The notes under the pieces were generated by a model. That model saw nothing but the letters and a program-made list of their open reading frames with translations. It made no database searches and was not told where the DNA came from. Positions 37,201-39,173 of a DNA stretch of 39,173 nt are shown here, piece after piece. Within the stretch, counting starts at the first letter, position 1. Every line of letters starts with the position of its first letter. Position numbers and translations under genes: made by a program. The DNA lies in sequence record SRR22947725_3569. The stretch is one strand, 5' to 3'.

Positions 37201-37815
37201 AAGCATATCAAATGAATACAAAGTATTTTTTACATTACGACTTTTAACAGCACTATGAATAGACTCTGCAAATACAAATTGCTTAGCAAAAAACTGCATG
37301 ACATTATTTGCACTGAATCTAATACCAGGCCTTGAGAGAATCTCCAAAGCTTTTCTGATTCTGTTTTTTATTTCTTTATTGCTTCCATGTGCAATCATTT
37401 TGTCAGCAATATTTAATGCCAGGGTTGCAATATTGACCATAGAAGATTTACTAGTTCCAATATGCTGAGACCAACCCTTCATTGCAACTTTATCAATAAA
37501 TAATTTATCTCTTGTCTTATTATCGGGAACTCTTAAAAAAGCTTCAACAAGAGTCATTAAAGAGAGGCCTTCGTCACTTGTCAAATTATACTCAGATACA
37601 AATAATGACAAGAGGTCAGGCTGGCTTGAGGAGCGCAGTTGCTGAATTAAGTGGGATGTATTTTTTTGGAATTCAATCCGTTGATCTGTATTGGTGTAAT
37701 CAAACAAATGGAGATGATCTAATGAATCCTCTTCACTCATAACTCTTGCTTCGCGGAGTTTGCTCCTGATATTAGAGCTGTCTACTTCAAATTTGAAGTC
37801 TGCTAAAGATTTCAT
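34183..37815 (-). CDS. putA: Bifunctional proline dehydrogenase / glutamate-semialdehyde dehydrogenase PutA
   Basis: SFDMLGE, ISVKLSALHP, IDAEE, RLVKGAYWD, QRLHGMG, RRLLENGANSSF; CISPWNFPLAIF, AETGG, SAGQRCSALR, GTGPKAGGP; C-terminal LPGPSGESN and TTASGGNA.L. Confidence 0.96.
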   Translation of the reverse strand: MKSLADFKFEVDSSNIRSKLREARVMSEEDSLDHLHLFDYTNTDQRIEFQKNTSHLIQQLRSSSQPDLLSLFVSEYNLTSDEGLSLMTLVEAFLRVPDNKTRDKLFIDKVAMKGWSQHIGTSKSSMVNIATLALNIADKMIAHGSNKEIKNRIRKALEILSRPGIRFSANNVMQFFAKQFVFAESIHSAVKSRNVKNTLYSFDMLGEAAWTMKDADKYFQAYRNALIEIGKRNTSKTVTDANGISVKLSALHPKYDFMHQQRVISELLPKVLELVEIAKHYNIGINIDAEEADRLDISLDVIESIMKIIANSSWEGFGVVVQSYQKRASFVIDWLNDNCDKHNLKIMVRLVKGAYWDSEIKKSQILGEVDFPVFTKKTNTDYSFLVCSQKLLAMRANFFPQFASHNAHSLVSVCEMAGNNEGFEVQRLHGMGESLHHSISNKYGVPSRVYAPIGSHKELLAYLMRRLLENGANSSFINHLFDESISPETLASDVFTIVEEDSEKSHSKIQLPKDIFKNNRQNSRSVILTEQDEVNQLYQNQSPWLGKQWQAKSIIAGMKINDGLNQEVTNPAEKDDVVGHVLFANEGQLTQSLESARNAFDSNMIEHEMILQGLERAANLYEENQYELMTLAMREAGKTYQDATDEVREAVDFLRYYANLSRIVMPRQRQARGVFVCISPWNFPLAIFTGQIAAALSAGNSVIAKPAESTSLIAYRASELLIEAGIPIGRFQLCLGKGSQTGAYLSSSNLIDGVAFTGSTEVAKEIKISLIENGNSEARVIAETGGLNAMVVDSTALCEQVTRDVIDGAFKSAGQRCSALRILLLQDDCYENTINMIVGAMKELSIGNPKNLDVDCGPIINSAAQIKLKKYITKARQNNQVIEELVFEPQNGHFVAPTLIRLNSIEDIHEELFGPILHVISYKNDDLETIIDQLNAKGYGLTFGIHSRIDKKVKEISSRVNVGNVYINRNQIGAVVGSQPFGGEGLSGTGPKAGGPNSLHGYSSNMLRSEQSKHKVTFTREHFEVQNLINPTLQLSKDILSLLRAKFPSLTAEALEFLDQEVSRYSHDIKLPGPSGESNQLIYKPKGTVLCIGPKHKDTLMQTLLSLFLGNCVISQISKQEYESLVEIGFKTENISLLNDSLSLSLIESNAYNAVLYFGDDNSVNKLIVTSRNELIPVVSSIYEAWELIKEKVITIDTTASGGNANLLAL

Positions 37816-37861
37816 TGCCCAAAAAATTTCTTAATATTTTTAAAATTTTAATTTATAAGTA

Positions 37862-37878
37862 ATAGTTATAATGACTAT
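37862..37878. promoter_or_regulatory. Candidate Lrp/PutR binding site in putA-putR intergenic region
   Basis: ATAGTtATaATgACTAT dyad; core TAG-N9-CTA has the YAG-N9-CTR shape of Lrp boxes. Confidence 0.4.
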
Positions 37879-37902
37879 AAAATAAATTATTTAAAGTTAT
37901 TT

Positions 37903-37912
37903 ATTATATAAT
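37903..37912. promoter_or_regulatory. Palindromic double -10 element between putA and putR
   Basis: ATTATATAAT in a very AT-rich spacer. Confidence 0.4.
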
Positions 37913-37963
37913 TTATGTAATATAATTTATATATTAACTAATATATTATAAATAATAGGACTT

Positions 37964-38419
37964 ATGACTACTTTAGATAATTTTGACCATAGAATACTTG
38001 AGCTTTTACAGAGCGATGGACGAATGACTATTACTGATCTATCTGATCAAATTGGACTATCCAAAACGCCCTGCTTGAAACGTGTTCAAAAGTTAGAGAC
38101 TGCTGGATATATTAAGGGATATCAAGCAATCATTAACCATGACTTGATCGATAATAATCATATTGCCTTTGTTCAAATTAAACTTAATGATACGAAGACA
38201 ATGGCACTCAATGCTTTCAATAAAGCCATTAAAGAAGTTCCTGAAGTTGAGCAATGTCATATGATTGCCTCAAATTTTGATTATTTATTAAAGGTGCGAA
38301 CTGAAAATATGGAGAGCTATAGACAAGTGCTTGGTGAGAAAATTTCAGCACTTCCCCACGTTCAAAACAGTTCTACTTTTGTTGTGATGGAGGAGGTCGT
38401 TACCAGTCGATACGCTTAA
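37964..38419 (+). CDS. putR: Lrp/AsnC-family regulator, proline utilisation activator PutR
   Basis: LD.FD.RIL..LQ.DGR, GLSKTPCL.RV..LE..GYI.GY, EQCHMIASNFDYLLKVR, STFVVME; divergent from putA. Confidence 0.85.
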   Translation: MTTLDNFDHRILELLQSDGRMTITDLSDQIGLSKTPCLKRVQKLETAGYIKGYQAIINHDLIDNNHIAFVQIKLNDTKTMALNAFNKAIKEVPEVEQCHMIASNFDYLLKVRTENMESYRQVLGEKISALPHVQNSSTFVVMEEVVTSRYA

Positions 38420-38866
38420 TTAAGAGAGTTTTGACTTAATGAGTTGAGAGACTTGACCCATATCAGCCTTTCCATCTAGCTGACCTTTTAGAATGCCCAT
38501 GAGTTTTCCCATATCTTTCATAGAGTCAGCTCCTGTGTCAGAAATTGCCTTGACCACTGCTGCCTCAATTTCATCTTGGCTTAGCTGCTTAGGCATATAA
38601 TTATTAATGATTAATAACTCTGCTTCTTCAACTTCTACTAAGTCGGTTCTGCCTGCTTCTGAGAATTGAGAGATTGAATCTTTGCGCTGCTTAACCATTT
38701 TCTGGATTACTGCCATGACTTGATTGTCATCCAATTCAATACGTTCGTCTATCTCTTTTTGTTTGATTGCCCCTAGGATCATTCGAATCGCTTTGAGAGC
38801 AGGTTTGTCTTGGGCCTTCATAGCCAACTTCATGTCATCAGTAATGAGTTGTTTGAGCTTAGACAT
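38420..38866 (-). CDS. yqeY: GatB/YqeY domain protein
   Basis: LK..ITDDMK.AMKA.DK, KQRKDSI.QF..AGR.DL, YMPKQLS, KDMGKLM, GKADM; downstream of rpsU. Confidence 0.93.
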   Translation of the reverse strand: MSKLKQLITDDMKLAMKAQDKPALKAIRMILGAIKQKEIDERIELDDNQVMAVIQKMVKQRKDSISQFSEAGRTDLVEVEEAELLIINNYMPKQLSQDEIEAAVVKAISDTGADSMKDMGKLMGILKGQLDGKADMGQVSQLIKSKLS

Positions 38867-38900
38867 ATTGTTTTGCTTGCTTTAGTCGTAAAAACAAGTT

Positions 38901-39116
38901 TTAGTACATGCGTTTACGATGAATTCTATTCTTTGACATTTCCTTGTGAGTTCTTTTAACTGCAGCGGCTTTTTTGCGCTTGTTAACCCACGTAGGCTTT
39001 TCGAAAAACTCTTTCTTTCTTACATCTGTTATAACGCCCGCTCTATCACATAGACGCCTAAAACGACGAAGTGCAATATCAAATGGTTCGTTCTCTCTTA
39101 CTTTTATTGCTGGCAT
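38901..39116 (-). CDS. rpsU: 30S ribosomal protein S21
   Basis: [40 protein letters not shown]. Confidence 0.97.
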   Translation of the reverse strand: MPAIKVRENEPFDIALRRFRRLCDRAGVITDVRKKEFFEKPTWVNKRKKAAAVKRTHKEMSKNRIHRKRMY

Positions 39117-39128
39117 ATAATAATTCCT

Positions 39129-39173
39129 TTAAGATTCTTTTTTTGCTGCTTTAGCTTCTTTCTTTGGCGCTGC
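39129..39173 (-). CDS. 3' end of an unidentified upstream gene with Ala/Lys-rich tail
   Basis: Minus strand reads AAPKKEAKAAKKES-stop, TAA overlapping the rpsU RBS; only 14 codons visible. Confidence 0.55.
   Translation of the reverse strand, partial: AAPKKEAKAAKKES

Noticed and set aside
37816-37963. AT-rich tract as replication origin or repeat array
   Set aside because: No DnaA boxes or regular repeat-spacer structure seen; fits a divergent Lrp-type control region
1-39173. tRNA, rRNA, riboswitch, IS, prophage or CRISPR
   Set aside because: Intergenic gaps are all under about 170 bp and none shows such structure by eye; a covariance-model scan would be needed to exclude small RNAs

Overview
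AT-rich, very compactly organised bacterial chromosome segment. Housekeeping proteins (S21, YihA, CCA, cytochrome c4) are gammaproteobacterial, and the S21 sequence plus gene content resemble the marine SUP05/Arctic96BD-19 (Thioglobaceae, Pseudothioglobus-like) group; this taxonomy is an inference, not a database result. The window is dominated by modules for heterotrophic use of dissolved organic compounds: (1) a ProXWV-family betaine/amino-acid ABC importer with a trailing SDR; (2) a four-gene CoA-dependent cassette (hot-dog thioesterase, acyl-CoA dehydrogenase, ADP-forming acyl-CoA ligase, CaiD-like hydratase) matching the gamma-butyrobetaine to carnitine route, lying between yihA and the cytochrome c/c4 pair; (3) an RpiR-linked TAXI-TRAP + aminotransferase + aspartase module; (4) an AraC-linked beta-oxidation operon (fadE, fadB/FadN-type, fadA, fadD) with two unexplained embedded genes (nitronate-monooxygenase-family flavoprotein and DUF2889); (5) putA/putR. 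These are interleaved with core genes (yihA, AddB-like nuclease, cca, msrB, tauE-family, tdk, yqeY, rpsU). I saw no rRNA, tRNA, CRISPR, integrase or IS. Non-coding signals include a recurring ATTATATAAT palindrome in divergent promoter regions, hairpins after both solute-binding-protein genes, and overlapping or abutting convergent gene ends.
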